A stretch of DNA of 64,000 nt from Malacoraja senta (Eukaryota). Within the stretch, counting starts at the first letter, position 1, and every line of letters starts with the position of its first letter. Below, one piece after another: positions 1 to 12,586 of this stretch. The position numbers and the translations under genes were made by a program. The stretch is taken from NCBI GenBank assembly GCA_038087875.1, contig CM075990.1, forward strand, positions 14,448,001 through 14,512,000, written 5' to 3'. The notes under the pieces were generated by a model, which was not told where the DNA came from, did no database searches, and saw nothing but the letters and a program-made list of their open reading frames with translations.

Positions 1-209
1 TAGTACTGGTGTCAGGGGTTATGGGGAGAAGGCAGGAGAATACGGTTCAGAGGGAGAGATAGATCAGCCATAATTGAATGGCGGAGTAGATTTGATTGGC
101 CGAATGCCCTAATTCTGCTGATTCTATCACATGACCTTGTATATAGATCATTTCCAATCGTCCAAACATGAAAGTCATTGCTTTATTTTATTTCATGGTT
201 AAAAATTGA

Positions 210-520
210 TTAGTTTTGTTTAGTTTAGAGATGCAGCGCAGAAATAGGCCCATCAGCCCACCGAGTCTGCGCCGACTAGTGATCCCCATTCACTAGCACT
301 ATGCTACACACTAGGGACAATTTACAATTTTTACCGAAGCCAATTAACCCACAAACCTGTACGTCTTTGGAGTGTGGGAGGAAACCAGAGCACCCTGGGG
401 AAAAAAAAAAAACGGTCACGAGGAGAACGCACAAACTCTGCACAGACAGCATCCGTAGTCAGGGTCGAACCCGTGTTTCTGGCGCTGTAAGGCAGCAAGT
501 CTATCGCTGCGCCACCATGC
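210..520 (-). mobile_element. HE1-like SINE
   Basis: Reverse complement of the 37867 family, including the tttag tail. Confidence 0.8.
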
Positions 521-1230
521 CGATCTCAGAGAGAAAAATGCATCAAATATTTAGACATCTCCACATTCTTCCTTCAGTGCATATGAACTGCATTAGTGGG
601 TGACTTTGTGCTTGGGTGCTTAATTAATTCTTGGGCTAACACTTTGTACTTTTTGTCTTTAGTCTGGGCCATGAGAATCATACTCTTAATCACTGTGTAT
701 GTAGCAAAATATTTCACATTTAATTTTGATTGGCAGTGGTCTCACTCGTTAATAAAAAAAATATTTGACCAAGTCATCAGCTGTGTGTCTTGACAGAGTA
801 GACTTGATGGGCTGAATGGCCTAATTCTATTCCTATCACATGATCTTATGGATATAAGAATTTGGATACCACCACTGCCATAATTGTGAGTATACAATTG
901 TGTCTTGGATTCCATCAAAAGCAGAACAATTTATAAATAAAAATATGATCTTGGAGCCTTGACTAGATTGTTAAAACTGCAACCACTTCAGAGTAAAATC
1001 AGCAGGAATTTTGTAGAACAAGGTATGATGGATGTGAGGTGCAAAGTCCAAATGTCGTTTCTAAATAGAAAAGAGCCTGTACATGTTTGACTTGCTTGTT
1101 AATGGATTAAAGATAACTCTGGAGTGATTTCATGGGAAATGAGATGTGAAACGCTCGCATAATTAAATGTGCCAGGAGCAGGCAGTTTGCATTTCTTCAA
1201 TGCATCATTTGTTGGGTCTCTCTTCATCAG

Positions 1231-1320
1231 CACTTGAGGAATTCGGGAGCACAGTGCCACAAGATAATAGACTTCCTCATCGAGACTAACCACCCAGTGC
1301 TGTTCACTTTCATGAACCTG
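1231..1320 (+). CDS. candidate internal coding exon of an unidentified gene (HLRNSGAQCHKIIDFLIETNHPVLFTFMNL)
   Basis: Acceptor tctctcttcatcag, 90 nt with only frame 0 open, C/G-ending codon bias, donor CTG|GTGCGA, and non-repeat sequence. Confidence 0.5.
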
Positions 1321-1439
1321 GTGCGAGTGAAGTGGAATATGAGCATTGGTGGGCATCAGTGTAAACTGAAGATACTTTCTTCAGCGTCGTTCTTAGCTGA
1401 TCCTTCTCAATCTCCACCCCATAATCCAAAAAAAACCGA

Positions 1440-2030
1440 GCAGAATTAGGCCATTCAGCCCATCGAGTCTGCTTTGTCATTTGATGATGGTTGATTTATT
1501 TTTCCCTCTTGACCCCATTCTCTTGCCTTTCCTCCATAATCTTTTATACCCTTATTGATCAGGTACCTATCAATCTCCAGTTTTAAAATACCCAATGACT
1601 TGGCCTCCACGGCCACCTGTGGCAATGAATTCCACAGATTCACTACCCTGTGGCTGAAGAAATTGCTCCTCATCATCATTCAAAAGGTATGTCCTTTTAT
1701 TTTGAGGCAGTTTCCTCTGGTCCTGGACTCCATTCTATCTCGGCCTTTAAGTTGCAACCAGGGCCCCCTCATCCTTCTAAACTCATGTTGCTCTGTTATG
1801 CTGCTACTTCTCATCCATCAAAACAGCAGCAGGTGCAGGCCCAGAGCCATCAAACGCTCCTATATATAAACCCGATCATATCTGGGATCATTCTCATGAC
1901 CTCCTCTGGACCCTCTCTAACACCAGCATATCCTTCCTCAGATATGGGGCCCAAAACTGCTCACAATATTCCAAATGTGGCCCGACCAGCGCCTTATAAA
2001 GCTTAGCATGACATCCTTATTGTTATGTTC
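1440..2030 (-). mobile_element. degenerate CR1 3' fragment
   Basis: FFSHRVVNLWNSLP translation and CR1 3' UTR motif. Confidence 0.75.
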
Positions 2031-2047
2031 CACTCCTCGCAAAGTAA

Positions 2048-2350
2048 ATGGCACAGCGGTAGAGTTGCTGCCTTGCGACGCCGGAGACCCGTGTTGGATC
2101 CCGACCACGGGTGCTGTCTGTACGGAGTTTGTACGTTCTCCCCGTGACCTCCGTGAGTTTTCTCCGAGATCTTCCATTTCCTCCCACACGTGCAGGTTTA
2201 TAGGTTAATTGGCTTGGTATGAATGTAAATTGTCCCTAGTGTGTGTGTGTGTGTAGGATGGTGTTAATGTGCGGGGATTGCTGGTCGGTGCGGACCCAGT
2301 GGGCCGAAGGGCCTGTTTACGTGCTGTATCTATAAACTAAACTAAACTAA
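2048..2350 (+). mobile_element. HE1-like SINE
   Basis: Same head, core and (ctaaa)n tail as the 37867 copy. Confidence 0.8.
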
Positions 2351-2618
2351 AAGTAAATGCTGACATTGCATTTTCGTTCCTTACAACCGACTCAACCTGC
2401 AAATTAACCGTTTTGGGAATCGCGCACCAGTGCTCACAAGTCCCTCTGCACCTTCGATTTCTGAATCCTCTCCCCATTTCAATTATCTGGCCTGTTCCCA
2501 TTGGGGTTTTAAATAAGGTATTTGGTGATAGAGCGTGACATATAACAGCATTCATGAAATGAATGAGAATCAGAAGGTTTATGAGATTTAATGAAGAGGC
2601 TTTGACTTTAAACATTAA

Positions 2619-2840
2619 AGGGCCTGTCCCACTTGGGCGTCATTTGCACGTCACGCAGATGGCGCGCGAAGATTTTGTACATCCCAAAATTCTGGGGTGC
2701 CTGCCGCGTGCAACCGCGCGTCACTGCCTACGTCACCACGCACCATGCGCGCATCACGACACGCGCATCACGACATGCGCGTCATGCATCGTGACTCGTA
2801 AATGATGTCGCGTAAATGACGCTCAAATAATGCCCAAGTT
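2619..2840. mobile_element. truncated Harbinger-type MITE
   Basis: TAA followed by AGGGCCTGTCCCACTTGG; CpG-rich interior; partial right TIR cccaagt. Confidence 0.65.
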
Positions 2841-3429
2841 AACTCTGTTTCTCTCTCTTCAGACACTGCCTGGCCTGCAGTGTGTCTAACATTTGCAATT
2901 TTTATTTTCGATTTCCAGCATCTAAACTTTTTCTTTGCCAGTTTTTTACTTTATGGGATGGCTTAGTATAGACGCTTGGTTGCTTTTCTTTCCCAGTGTA
3001 TTTTATATTTTTACTCCACGTTTCCTCTGGATGCTCCAGTTTCCCCCCCACATCCCAAACATGTGCAGGTTTGTAGGTTAATTGGCCTCTGTAGTGTAGG
3101 AGTGGACGAGAAAGTGGGATAACATAGAACTAGTGTGAATGTGTGATCGATGGTCGACGTGAATTTGTTGGGCTGAAGGGCCTGTTTATGTTCTGTTAAA
3201 TTAAACTAAACATGAAGTGCCACAATTTTGAATCATTATTAGGTTTTAAGCATGTTCTGCCAGATATTTTAGATAACAGTACAGAGTCCCACTTTTACAT
3301 CTCCTCAGGACAATTTTTTTGTTTGTAAATTTAGTTTAGTTTAGAGAGACAAGCGCGAAAACAGGCCCTTTGGCCAACCATGCCGCTCGCCAATCTAAAC
3401 TAGATACTAACACACACTACACATGTATA

Positions 3430-4020
3430 GGGCGGCATGGTGGCGCAGTGGTAGAGTTGCTGCCTTACAGTGAATGCAACTCCGGAGACCCGGGTTCGAT
3501 CCTGACTACGGGTGCTGTCTGTACGGAGTTTGTATGTTCTCCACGTGGCCCGCGTGGGTTTTCTTCAGGATCTTCAATTTCCTCCCACACTCCAAAGACA
3601 TGCAGGTATTTAGGTTAATTGGCTTGGTAAATGTAAAATTTGTCCCTAGTGAGTATAGGATAGTGGGGGTGTGTGCGGGGATCGCTGGTCTGTTTCTGTG
3701 CTGTATCTCTAAACTAAACTAAACATGAGGGACAATTTACAATTTTTTTACCATAGCCAAATAGTTTCGGCCCGAAACGTTACCTATTTCCTTCGCTCCA
3801 TAGATGCTGCTGCACCCGCTGAGTTTCTCCAGCATTTTTGTGAACCTACAGACCTGTATGTCTCTGGAGTGTGGGAGGTAACCAGAGCACCCGGGGAATA
3901 CCCACGCGGGGAAAACCCACGGGGAGAACGTACAAACTCCGTACAGACAGCACCCGTAGTCAGGATCGAACCAGGTCTCAGGCGCTGTAAGGCAGCAACT
4001 GTACCTCTGTGCCACCATGA
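3430..4020. mobile_element. adjacent inverted pair of HE1-like SINEs (+ 3430-3724; - 3725-4020 with a PLE fragment inside)
   Basis: Two copies in opposite orientation that abut at about 3724. Confidence 0.8.
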
Positions 4021-5403
4021 CACACATTCCAAAGGTTTTTTGTTCCAGGAAACTTTCTCTTTGCTGCACCTTCTCCTCTTGAATTATCTATTCCATCAGA
4101 GCCCTATCCTCCTGCCTCTCCTCCCCGCCCACCTTTCCGTTTTTCCGTTTATGAGGAGCAATCATCAACCTGAAAGGGAAAGTAATCCCAATTAATCAAT
4201 TTTGTTGCATGTTTTACATTATTGAATTATCAATATCTTTGACAAAGTGGAAAAGAAGGAGATAATGTTGTCAGAATTGTGTTAGTCTTCAGATTGAAGA
4301 TGTGTGTATACATGTCCATGGAATTAATTGTTAGTCCTCACTGAAATATTGTTCTGTCACCAGCAATTTATTTTAAATTTCAAATATATTTTATTCATAA
4401 TTTATACGGAATTACAATCAATTCAATTCTTTCCCTGTGTTCATCACACCATCAATTCAATAGGCAATAGGCAATAGGCCTTCGAACCGAATGCCCTATT
4501 CCTTCAGTACATTCTCTGACAATGCATCAATGCCACTCATTGTTCCTCTTAAACAAGGTATCTGTCGGACTAAACACAAAGTGCTGGTGGAACTCAAGAG
4601 GGTCAAGTCAACCAATATCTATGGGGGAAATGGACGTTTCGGTTGGGACTCTTCTCTGAAAGAAGAATCCCGACCTGAAATGTCATCTGTTCATTCCCTC
4701 CGCAGAAGTTGCCTGACCCACTGAGTTCACATTATAGGAGTAGAATTAGGCCATCTGACCGATCGAGTCCACTCCGCTATTCAATCATGACTGATCTTTG
4801 CCTCCTAATCCCATTTTCCTGCCTTCTCCCCATAACCCTTGACATCCATTCTAATCAAGAATCGATCTATCTGCCTTAAAAATATCCACTGACTTGGCCT
4901 CCACAGCCCTCTGTGGCAATGAGTTCCACAGATTAACTACTCTCTGACTAAAGAAGTTCCTCCTCACTTCCTTTTTAAAAGACCGCCCTTTAATTCTGAG
5001 GCTGATCTCAGTTCCTCCAGCACTTTGCATCTTGCTTAAGAATCCAACATCTGCAGTTCCTTGCATCTGCATCTGGGAGGCATTTTGAGCGGCTTTAGTT
5101 AACAGATGTCAACCACAGCAGACAAGCAGATGTGTACACAGTTGGGTAATCTGGAGTGCCACAGTTTTACATATTTTTAATGGGAATCCATGGAGGATAT
5201 CTGGGAGCAGGTTCCTTTATAATCCCTCTTCTAACACTGTTGTTCACCAACATTGAGAGTTCACAGTGTGTGTGTCACAAGGTCTGTAGCTTGCAATGTC
5301 AAGTTAACTTTCCACTTGCTAAATTTTGGAACCAGTCAGTCAATGATTACGTCAGTGGATCTCTGAAAGACCAGCTCTATTTTTTGTGCTGCTGTCTTGT
5401 CAG

Positions 5404-5487
5404 TGTTATGTGGCTTTTCTCCGTGACCTGTGGGAATCTCCCTGGCTACCTCCATGGGAGAAGAGGCAGGCGTGTTCAGTGCAGTGA
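5404..5487 (+). CDS. candidate terminal coding exon (CYVAFLRDLWESPWLPPWEKRQACSVQ*) ending in a CaaX motif
   Basis: Long pyrimidine tract ending in ttgtcag (AG at 5402-5403). Phase 0 is compatible with exon 1231-1320. TGA at 5485-5487 is preceded by CSVQ. Confidence 0.45.
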   Translation, partial: CYVAFLRDLWESPWLPPWEKRQACSVQ

Positions 5488-6759
5488 CAGAATGGGAAAG
5501 ATAAAAGTATTTCAGGAAGTGGATCCAGTCTTGAAGGACGTTACAGTCAAAAGACCCAAGAAGTGAATGCATTTTTTTGGTTTTGAGGTCAAAAGAACAG
5601 CTTGAACTGCATTTAGTTAAATAGATATCAACTGCAGCTGATAAGCTGATATTTACACAGTGGATTGTTGTAGTTAGCTTATCTGAAATGCCACAGTCTT
5701 ACATATTTTTCTGAAATGGGAACATGCATTTCTAACAATCCACAAAAGATATACATGGAAGGAATGCTAAAAATGGTTCCCAAGTACAGAGAGACAGAAA
5801 ATTACTGTTTAGAAGCTAGAAAGTAGAAGCAGGAGTAGGCCATTTGGCCCACATCTTTCTGCACCACTCTGTACAGTTAAGGCTGAGCTTTTACTTCAGA
5901 TTCACTTTCATGCACATTCTTAATTCCCTTAATATTGATTTATTGAATGATACAGCATGGAAACAGACCCTTCGACCCACTGAGTCCATGCCGACCATCG
6001 CTCACCTGTTCACACCAGTATTATGTTTTCCCACTTTTTCATCTGCTCCCTACGTACTAGGGGTAATTTACTGAGGCCAACCAACCTACAAACCCGCATG
6101 TCTTTGGAATGTGGGAGGATGGATAGATTAGCCATGATTGAATGTCGGAGTAGACTCGATGGGCCGGATGGCCTTATTCTGCTGCTGTGACTTATGGACT
6201 CGGAGCACCCGGAGGGAAACCCACGCAGTCACATACAAACTCCACACAAACTGCACCAGAGGTCAGGATCGAACCTGAGTCGGGGCTGTGAGGCAGCAGC
6301 TCTACTAGCTGTCTTTGATATGCTTAGGACCTGAGCCTTCATTCCATTTTGCATAGAAAATTACAAAGCCCTCTGTCTAAAGAAGCATATTTTTCTTGGT
6401 CCTAAATGGCTGAACTGATCTTGGACTGTGATCCCTTCAGCCAGCTTAATAATTCTCCTTTCAAGCTCTGTTAGATTTGTATACATTTCGATGAAATCGC
6501 CTCTCATTCTTCTAAACCCGAGACTTGAGGACTGTTTACAGATTTGTCTTAAATCATTTGCTGAACAGGTAATGACAGACCTTTTCTTAAAATAAATGTG
6601 TGACAAAGTGGCCACAAGATGTCAGTTGTGAGCCGGATAGGTATATAATTGAATGACAAGAGTTCAACGGGGTTAAATTGGTTGCAATGTGGCTGCACTA
6701 ACTGATGGTCCAAACCAGTGATCATAAGCACTTAGTCATTTATTTGTTGGAGTTGTGTA

Positions 6760-7130
6760 AGAAGGAACTGCAGATGCTGGTTTAAACCAAAGATAGATAC
6801 AAAATGCCAGAGTAACTCGGCGGGACAGGCAGCATCTCTGGAGAGAAGGAATGGGTGACGTTTTGGGTCGAGAACCTTCTTCAGATGGAGGTCGGGAGAG
6901 GGAGATACCTAGATAAGGATGTGTAAGGTGTGAAAATAGAACAAATCCACATTCCCTTTGTTCTATTTTCACACCTAACACTTCCTTATCTTTGTATCTC
7001 CCTCTCCCTGACATCAGTCTGAGGAAGGGTCTCAACCCGAAAAGTCACCCATTCTTTCTCTCCAGAGATGCTGCCTGTCCCGCTGAGTTACTCCAGCATT
7101 TTGTGTCTAAACCAGCATCTGCAGTTCCTT
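6760..7130. mobile_element. PLE-derived fold-back (imperfect palindrome, about 370 bp)
   Basis: The left arm is the reverse complement of the right arm, including gtgtgaaaatagaacaaa / tttgttctattttcacac around a short spacer at about 6946-6956. Confidence 0.8.
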
Positions 7131-7906
7131 TAGACACAAAGCTGAAATTAAGCTGATGAGTTCAGTCATTGATGGACAGGGGGCTCCAAATCCAAATGCT
7201 GCAACTACAGAGGAAACAACATTCTTTTTTGGATTCCAAATATCCTTCGGTAAAGGTTTTAAAGATTTTGACTTCCCTTGGGTATGTTTTAATTAAAGAT
7301 AAGCTTAATATAAGCGGAGAGAAAAGTCTAAACCAGTGGATCTTAGATGGTGAAGTGTTGAAAAGTGCAGTGTTCTGAGGGTAATGGGTGCCTTTCATAA
7401 ATCACTGAAGGTTCAGCAAGTAATTAATAAGGCAATTGGTGTTTTGGCCTCCACTACAAATGGGTTTGACTACAAGAGTCGATACGTCTTGCTCTAAGTC
7501 CCACAGAGAAGGTCCCAGTGAGATCTCACCTGCAATATTGTGTGCAGATTCTAGCCTCCCTGCCTAGAAGGATATTGGCAGCAGAGGCAATGTGGGGAGA
7601 TTCACGAGATTGGGAAAACCCCCCACAACATGCTGGAGTAACTCAGTGGGCCAGGCAGCATCTCTGGAGAACATGAACAGATAATGTTTAAGGTCGGGTC
7701 TCTATCCCCCTCTGTGATTCCTGCTCCCTCTCTCATTGGATTGAAAGATACAGGCTGGAAACAGGTTGCCTAAGTTGCTGTTGCTCACACTAGTCCTAAA
7801 TTATCCATCTTTCTCAACCACTTCCCTGCACACCAAGGGCAATTTACAGAGGCAAGATAACCTGCAAACCCGCATGTCTTTGGGATGTGGGCGGAAATCC
7901 ACAACA

Positions 7907-8468
7907 TCATAGATACATAGAAAATAGGTACAGGAGTAGGCCATTCGGCCCTTCGAGCCTGCACCGCCATTCAATATGATCATGGCTGATCATCCAACTC
8001 AGTATCCCGTACCTGCCTTCTCTCCATACCCCCTGATCCCCTTAGCCACAAGGGCCACATCTAACTCCCTCTTTAATATAGCCAATGAACTGGCCTCAAC
8101 TACCCTCTGTGGCAGAGAGTTCCAGAGATTCACCACTCTGTGTGAAAACGTTTTTCCTCATCTCGGTCTTAAAGGATTTCCCCCTTATCCTTAAGCTGTG
8201 ACCCCTTGTCCTGGACTTCCCCAACATCGGGAACAATCTTCCTGCATCTAGCCTGTCCAACCCCATAAGAATTTTATAAGTTTCTATAAGATCCCCTCTC
8301 AATCTCCTAAATTCTAGCGAGTATAAGCCAAGTCTATCCAGTCTTTCTTCATATGAAAGTCCTGACATCCCAGGAATCAGTCTGGTGAACCTTCTCTGCA
8401 CTCCCTCTATGGCTATAATGTCCTTCCTCAGATTTGGAGACCAAAACTGTACGCAATACTCCAGGTGT
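7907..8468 (-). mobile_element. CR1 3' fragment, same subfamily as the full-length copy
   Basis: Near-identical to 12398-12960; HLEYCVQFWSP...YEERLDRLGLYSLE. Confidence 0.9.
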
Positions 8469-9344
8469 ATACTTCCTATACTCATAGGAAGAAACTGCAA
8501 ACTCCACACAGACAGCACTTGAGTTCATGATGGATCCCAGGTCTCGGGCAGCAGCTCTGCCTGCAATGCCAATCTGATTAATTACTGGGATGGCAGCTGT
8601 GTCGTGGGAGGAGACATTAAGCAGACGGAACCTCAAGAGTTTCAGGCGACCTGACAAAATTAAGAGGCAATAGACAATAGGTGCAGGAGTAGGCCACAGC
8701 CCTTCGAGCCAGCACCGCCATTCAATGTGATCATGGCTTGCAGGGTAGATGTAGGGATTATGTTTTACTTGGCTGAGGTGTCTAGAACCAAGGATCAATC
8801 ATAAACCTGGGGACGAGGCATCTTTGTCGGTATGGACGAGTTGGGTCGAAGGGCCTGTCTCTGGGTGACTCTGACTCACTCAAAATAAGGGTCAGCTATA
8901 GAGCATGGAAGTGAGAAATAATTTGTTTAGACTTTAGAGATACAACGTGGAAACAGGCCCTTCGGCTCACCGAGTCTTCTGACGAGTGATCAGCCCATAC
9001 ATTAGCACTATGTACACACTCGGGTCAATTTACAGGTTCCGGGAGCCAATTAAACCTACAAATCTGTACGTCTCTGGAGTGTGGGAAAAAAACAGAGCAC
9101 CCAGAGTAAACCCACGCGGTCATAGGGAGAATGTACAAACTCTGTATACATAGCACCTGTAGTCGGGATCAAACCTTGGTCACTTGTGCTGTAAGGCAGT
9201 GACTATGGTGGCACCACTGTGCTGCCCCTTGTTCTGCTGGAGGGTTGTAGGTCTGATGTTATATGCCCATCAGGGCAATGAAGGCTCAGTCACTCTTAAT
9301 ATACTTGGGACAGAGATTGGTATTAAGGGAATTGAAGGATGTGT

Positions 9345-10667
9345 AACATAGAAACATAGAAACATTCGGCCCTTCGAGCCAGCACTGCCATTCATTATGA
9401 TCATGGCTGATCGTCCCCTATCAATAACCCGTGCCTGCCTTCTCCCCATATCCCTTGACTCCACTAGCCCCTAGAGCTCTATCTAACTCTCTCTTAAACC
9501 CATCCAGTGATTTGGCCTCCACTGCCCTCTGTGGCAGGGAATTCCATAAATTCACAACTTTCTGGGTGAAAAAGTTTTTTCTCACCTCAGTCTTAAATGA
9601 CCTCCCCTTTATTCTAAGACTGTGGCCCCTGGTTCTGGACTCGCCCAACATTGGGAACATTTTTCCTGCATCTAGCTTGTCCAGTCTTTTTATAGTCTTT
9701 TCAATCTTTCCTCATATGACAGCCCCGCCATCCCAGGGATCAATCTCGTGAACCTACGCTGCACTGCCTCAATCACAAGCATGCCCTTCCTCAAATTAGG
9801 AGACCAAAACTGTCCACAATACTCCAGATGTGATCTCACCAGAGCCCTATACAACTGCAGAAGAACCTCTTTACTCCTATACTGAAATCCTCTTGTTATG
9901 AAGGCCAACATTCCATTAGCTTTCTTCACTGCCTGCTGTACCTGTAAGCCAACTTTCAGTGACCAGTATACAAGGACGCCTAGGTCTCGCTGCACCTCCC
10001 CCTTACCTAACCTAACCCCATTGAGATAATAATCTGCCCCCTTGTTTTTGCCGCCACAGTGGATAACCTCACATTTATCTATATTATACTGCATCCGCCA
10101 TGCATCTGCCCACTCGCTCAACCTGTCCAGGTCACCCTGCAACCTCCTAACATCCTCTTCACAGTTCACACTGCCACCCAGCTTTGTGTCATCTGCAAAC
10201 TTGCTAGTGTTGCTCCTAATTCCCTCTTCCAAATCATTAAAATATATGGTAAACAGTTGCGGCCCCAACACCGAGCCTTGCGGCACTCCACTCGCCACTG
10301 CCTGCCATTCTGAAAAGGACCCATTCACTCTTACTCTTTGCTTCTGGTCTGCCAACCAATTTTCTATCCATGTCAACACCCTACCCCCAATACCATGTGC
10401 TCTAATTTTAGTCACCAGTCTCCCGTGCGGGACCTTATCAGGAGACTGGTGACTAAAATTAGAGCGCATGGTATTGGGGGTAGGGTGTTGACATGGATAG
10501 AAAATTGGTTGGCAGACCGGAAGCAAAGAGTAGGAGTGAACGGGTCCTTTTCAGAATGGCAGGCAGTGGCGAGTGGAGTGCCGCAAGGCTCGGTGTTGGG
10601 GCCGCAACTGTTTACCATATATATTAATGATTTGGAAGAGGGAATTGGGAGCAACACTAGCAAGTTT
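9345..10667 (-). mobile_element. 5'-truncated CR1 with fold-back inverted duplication
   Basis: RT motifs [20 protein letters not shown] and a 3' tail at 9345. 10197-10423 is repeated in inverted orientation at 10441-10667. Confidence 0.92.
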
Positions 10668-11729
10668 AGTTAGTGCAGGAATGTGGAGCTGAACTAAAAG
10701 ATCAGCATTATCTTGTCAATGTAGGATCCGGCATGAGGGGCTGAGTGGCCTCCTCTATTTGTTATGCTCTTAATAAACGATCTTGCATATTTCTTTATTT
10801 GAGACTTATGTGATCCAGGGACTTTCACTGGCACCTTATTATCAGCCTCATCGAAAATCGCACAGCCTATGACTGTAATAAAAGGCTATGCACGGCAGCC
10901 TCTGGGAAAATCTTTGAAGAGCCATTACAATGTGCCAGTCCAGTGAGCTTAATTATCTTCCAATAATTCTTACATCTGTGCATGTCTAAAACTGAAATTA
11001 AATCACACAACCGCTGTGTATTTTACTGGTATTTTATGTACTTAGCCGACCAAGTATTATTCTCAAACAGAAAACTTGTTAGCTAAACCCAATCCATTAG
11101 TAATGCCCTGGTAATTGGAAATGGTTACAGTGCATTGCCTTATTTCAAAAACACAATGACCCAGTCCTGCCGTATATTCAGACCTAATGCTGAGTGAGAC
11201 ACATGAGTCTCAGTGTCTGCCCCAGCATAGCATAAAATACTCAGGAAAGGCAAGACTTGGTAATGTGCACCAAGGCTAACTGATGTTATACTTTTTAACT
11301 AACCTTTTTAACCTGGCATGAGATGGGAGGACTTAGTCATTGAGTCACACAGCATGGAAACAGGCCCTTTGGCCCAACATGTCCATGCTGTCCATGTTGG
11401 CATTCTGGGCTGAGTTGATGGGAAGGAAAGAAATAGCACTTGAATGGAAAATATTCATTAACTTAAAATTAATTTGCAGTATATTACCAAATTATTTTGT
11501 TGCAAAGGCTTTTCACGATACCTCAGTACACATGACTATAAACCAAACTAAACAATAACATCTGATAATTTGGGAATTCCAATGGTTTGGCAAGATGGTG
11601 TTCCCTTACGCCCTCAAACTGACAGAGCCCCACATCCTTGCAGCTCACCCTTATCCTTCCCTCCTTTGAAACTTACAGGATTTACTGGAAAAATTAAGAT
11701 ACCATTCATTCGTCATTCATCATCGTTGA

Positions 11730-12397
11730 AAACATTAGCGACGCAGTGGTGCTGGTTTCCAACAGGAACGGTGACGGACGCACCACACATCTCTGTCCTC
11801 CAGTTCCTGCGGACTTCCGCCGCTGGAAGTATAGGATTTTGGTGTATGTGTGTGCTTTATCATCATTCCTTACAATGCTGTGTACAACATCTACTGAAGT
11901 GTGGATGGCCGTTGGCTCGCTAGAAGCTCATCCGCACTTTGACAGGTCTTGTTTATGGTCCTGCTGGGGGTCCACAGCCCCCTCCTTCGGGAAGCCAAGT
12001 GGTACCCACACCCCAGTGTACATTGCTGGTGCTGAAATAGAGACGGTCGAAAGCTTCAAGTTTTTCATAAATATCACCAGCAATTTGTCGTCGACCAGTC
12101 ACATCAAAGTTATGGCAAAGAAACACCTCTAGTTCCACAAAGCTTGGGATGTTCGGCATGTCCCCACCAACCCTCACGCAGATATGCGGGTGAAAGCATT
12201 TTTATTGGGTTGCATCACAGCATGGTTTGGGGACAGCGACATCCAAGACTGTCAAAAAAAATGCAGTGAGTTGTGGATCTAGTCCAGACCATCCTCCCTT
12301 TCATAGACTCCATCTACATAGACTTCACACTGCCTCGACAAAGCCACCAGTGTAATCAAGGACCAGTCTCACCCCTGTCACCCTCTCTTCTCCCCTT
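11730..12397 (+). mobile_element. Rex1/Babar-like degenerate fragment (host of the full-length CR1)
   Basis: HTPVYIAGAEIETVESFKF...NLS.TSHI...AKK and ESILLGCITAWFG-like remnants. Confidence 0.6.
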
Positions 12398-12586
12398 TCA
12401 TAGATACATAGAAAATAGGTGCAGGAGTAGACCATTCGGCCCTTCGAGCCTGCACCGCCATTCAATATGATCATGGCTGATCATCCAACTCAGTATCCCG
12501 TACCTGCCTTCTCTCCATACCCCCTGATCCCTTTGGTCACAAGGGCCACATCTAACTCCCTCTTAAATATAGCCAATGAACTGGCC

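Noticed and set aside
5156..5566. 136-aa + strand ORF
   Set aside because: No motif. The better-supported exon (5404-5487) is in a different frame behind a strong acceptor.
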